Shown piece by piece: positions 1 through 64,000 of a DNA stretch of 64,000 nucleotides. This stretch comes from Eledone cirrhosa (taxonomy: Eukaryota), in contig OZ024742.1 in assembly GCA_964016885.1 (NCBI GenBank), positions 71,672,001-71,736,000 of the forward strand, in the 5' to 3' direction. Numbering within the stretch: the stretch's first letter is position 1; every line of letters begins with the position of its first letter. The notes below the pieces were generated by a model. It saw only the letters and a list, made by a program, of their open reading frames with translations. It did not search any database and was not told the origin of the DNA. Made by a program: the position numbers and the translations under genes.

Positions 1-143
1 AATTTACAACCAAAACTACACAAAAACTAGTTATGATAATATGTGGACCAGAGTTGACCATAAACTCCTGCTTTATATTACTTGATTTGTTGAGATTTTT
101 CTCTGAGTTATTTGTTGTGAATCATTTTTCTTCTATTTCACAG

Positions 144-61042
<60,899 letters not shown>

Positions 61043-61044
61043 AC

Positions 61045-61085
<41 letters not shown>

Positions 61086-61608
61086 GCCCCCCCCCCCCTA
61101 AAAAACCATTAACCCACTGAACTCTCCACAATTCCACTCTAACTCTGCTCTACTCTACCTTCCTCATCTCTTTCTTATTGCCGACCCTGGCTGCAAAATC
61201 ACCTTCTGGCATCAACCAACGGGGCCCAGAGACATCAGCTGTGCTAATTATCTCCCGTGGTTGGAGAGAGAGACAGAAAAAGAAGAGAAAGGAAGGCATC
61301 ATCTGAACTATACTCCTACATCCCACTTCTTTCGAAACACTACTCCCTCCCTGCCCCTATCACTATAACAACTACTACAACAATAATACTCCCATCACAC
61401 ACATGTTTCATAAGATAACATACGATCATCTATCTGCAGTGGTTTCTTGGGTTTTTTTTCTTGCTCTCCTGTTGTCTAGACATGTGTGACTGGCTGTCGT
61501 ATATGTGGTGGCTTAAACGAAACTTGCATATGTCACTAAAGACAAGACACAGGCGGAGATGACAGGGAAAGGAAAGGACAAAGTTAAACGTTAAAAAAAA
61601 TATGAAGA

Positions 61609-61618
61609 ATAAATAAAA
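61609..61618 (+). promoter_or_regulatory. Candidate polyadenylation signal (overlapping AATAAA x2)
   Basis: AATAAATAAA about 570 nt after the stop codon; the context is A-rich, so it may be fortuitous. Confidence 0.3.
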
Positions 61619-61719
61619 AGTAAACGTAAACATAAATTGAAGAAGATAAATTAAAAACAAAAGAGAACAGAATCAAATCAAAAACAGACAGAACAAAGTT
61701 GAAGAAAATGCATTAAAAT

Positions 61720-61950
<231 letters not shown>

Positions 61951-62433
61951 ATGACATACATCATATACAAACATTCATAGAAAAATGAGACAATTGAAAG
62001 AATTTAAAATGTATTGAAAAGACAAAGAAATTATGGGTCAGATTGGGTTGGGTTGAAGAGGGTGTGGTTATCATATTTTATTTTATTTGGAGCAGAAATG
62101 TGAATTGCTGTCTGTCTATTTGTCTGCTTACCTGTTTATCTGTCTCATAAATACACATTCACACACATACCCTCTCTCTTTCTCTCTTTCTCTCTCTCTC
62201 CCTCTCACTCTCTCTCTTTCTCTTGCTGGACAGTTGAGCAACCATTTCTACAATCTCTTGCTTTATATAAATGTACACACACACACACATGAAACATACA
62301 GATGTACACATATATATTTAAACATACACATATATATAATATATATGCTCCAACTCTTGCTAGCAGGGAGAATGGATCTTAAATGATGGTGATGATAGTA
62401 TATCACATCATATATGCACACTCACATGCACAA

Positions 62434-62516
<83 letters not shown>

Positions 62517-62814
62517 CATACATACACACAAACACATACAATACATATATAGTCTCATGCTATAAACGATATTGTGTTGATCAGCTGCTTCTCTCTGTTA
62601 CTTCTACTGATGATGGTGGTGATGGTGGTGGTGATGTTGCCAGAGTGGAGGGACAGTTGTGGTGGTGGTATAGGGGATAATTATTTTGTCTGAAAAAAAA
62701 TGACAACAGACTTGATATCTCAGTGACAAACATTGATTCTTATTTGTTTTGTTTCTATCTTGTACCATCTTGGGCACTTACATACACACACCCGTATATA
62801 CGTGTATGTATGTT

Positions 62815-62869
<55 letters not shown>

Positions 62870-62886
62870 TTGTGTGTGTGTGTGTG

Positions 62887-62937
<51 letters not shown>

Positions 62938-62940
<3 letters not shown>

Positions 62941-63170
62941 GACAAGTGGCTTAGTGGTTAGAGAATTGAATTCACAATCATGAGGTTGTGAGTTCAATTC
63001 CTGGACCTGGTGATGTGTTGTGCACCTGAAGAAGACACTTTATTCTCATTGTTCTAGTTCACCAAGCTGTATCAGCCTTTGGATACAATAGGTAGCATGG
63101 AGAGGGGAGAGTGGTATGTATGGGTGACTGCTGATCTTTCAGAAACAACCTTGTATATATAAATGAGTAG
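62938..63170 (+). mobile_element. tRNA-headed SINE (family B)
   Basis: A box TGGCTTAGTGG, B box GTTCAATTCC; body matches 4400-4566 and 17400-17640. Confidence 0.8.
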
Positions 63171-63229
63171 GGTTTGTGTACTGCGTACATGAATTGCCAA
63201 AAGGAAGAGAAGTTGATACTGTATCCAAA

Positions 63230-63850
63230 GTTCTCCTCCTCCTCTTCGTCCACCTATTCCTGAGAGAGTCATGGGGGCAGAGTCCTCAAACACTCCTTCC
63301 AACAGGTCCTATCAGAAGCAACCGTCTCCAATCGATCCGGCTGGATCCCCAAGCAAGACCAGCCGATCTCATCGATGTTATTCAGCCATCTTTCTCAGTG
63401 GGTTTTTGCCTGTAAAATCTGTACTGTGAAGACTGAGACACTTGTCCTCTCAAGGAAACCTGCGCAGTGCACTCTACATGTGAATGGAGTTCTACAAAAG
63501 CAGGTGGAGAAGTTCAAGTATCTGTGTTCACAAGTGATGGAAGGCAAAAATTACTGCACCAGCTTCAGCATTCAGTAATCTGAAGAAGGGCGGGTAGGTG
63601 TAAAAGCCAAACTCTCTATCTTCAGCTTGGTCTTCATGCCAACCCTTATCTATGGTCATGAATCTTGGGTAATGACTGAAAGAATATGATCATGTATACA
63701 AGTGGCTGAAATGGGGTACTTCTGAAGTGTCTTTGCAGTAATGTTACTTGCTTGAGTGCATAGCTCAGAGATCAAAGAGTCTCCCCAGGTAGAGCTGCTA
63801 CTTCTCTGAATTGAGAGATCACAGCTCCGATATTACAGGTATGTGGTATG
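63230..63850. mobile_element. RTE-group LINE pieces: inverted 3' end (63230-63400, minus) joined to an internal piece (63410-63850, plus)
   Basis: Same family as 21440-22110 (KQVEKFKYL, YGHESW). Confidence 0.75.
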
Positions 63851-64000
63851 TAAAGTTAAATGTTCAATTTATGTACTAAGAAATACAAATTGACAGTAAC
63901 TAACATCAACTCTTCTTTCTCAGTACATATATTAAATTTGAGTGTGTATATATGTGTGGTGAAATTAGTGAGGTAGTGGACAACCTACTAAGAAATCTAT

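Noticed and set aside
62938-63005. tRNA genes (A/B boxes here and at about 4500-4560, 6640-6720, 53785-53865)
   Set aside because: No full cloverleaf; each continues into a shared SINE body.

Overview
AT-rich, microsatellite-rich animal genomic DNA. The SINE/LINE complement suggests a coleoid cephalopod such as Octopus, but that is an inference. The window holds the last 14 coding exons (+ strand, 144..61042, 619 codons plus stop, all GT-AG, frame continuous) of a receptor protein tyrosine phosphatase of the PTP99A / PTPRG-PTPRZ type, with an intact D1 and a pseudo-phosphatase D2. The introns contain CR1-, RTE- and CRE-type non-LTR retrotransposons, tRNA-headed SINEs, hAT and piggyBac-like MITEs and a non-autonomous Helitron. 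Two large satellites (about 13.9 kb of a 19-mer and about 8.3 kb of a ~35-mer) sit on either side of one 146-nt exon. Two signals are most novel. (1) Short (TA)n-embedded, fold-back elements carry type I hammerhead-ribozyme motifs: five readable motifs, two of them on the pre-mRNA sense strand, each opposed by a full or partial antisense copy. These look like Penelope/retrozyme-type elements. (2) The satellite units look like RNA-processing signals: branch-point-like CTAAT in an almost AG-free array upstream of the exon, and 5'-splice-site-like GGTAAC + ATTAAA + (GT)n cassettes downstream.
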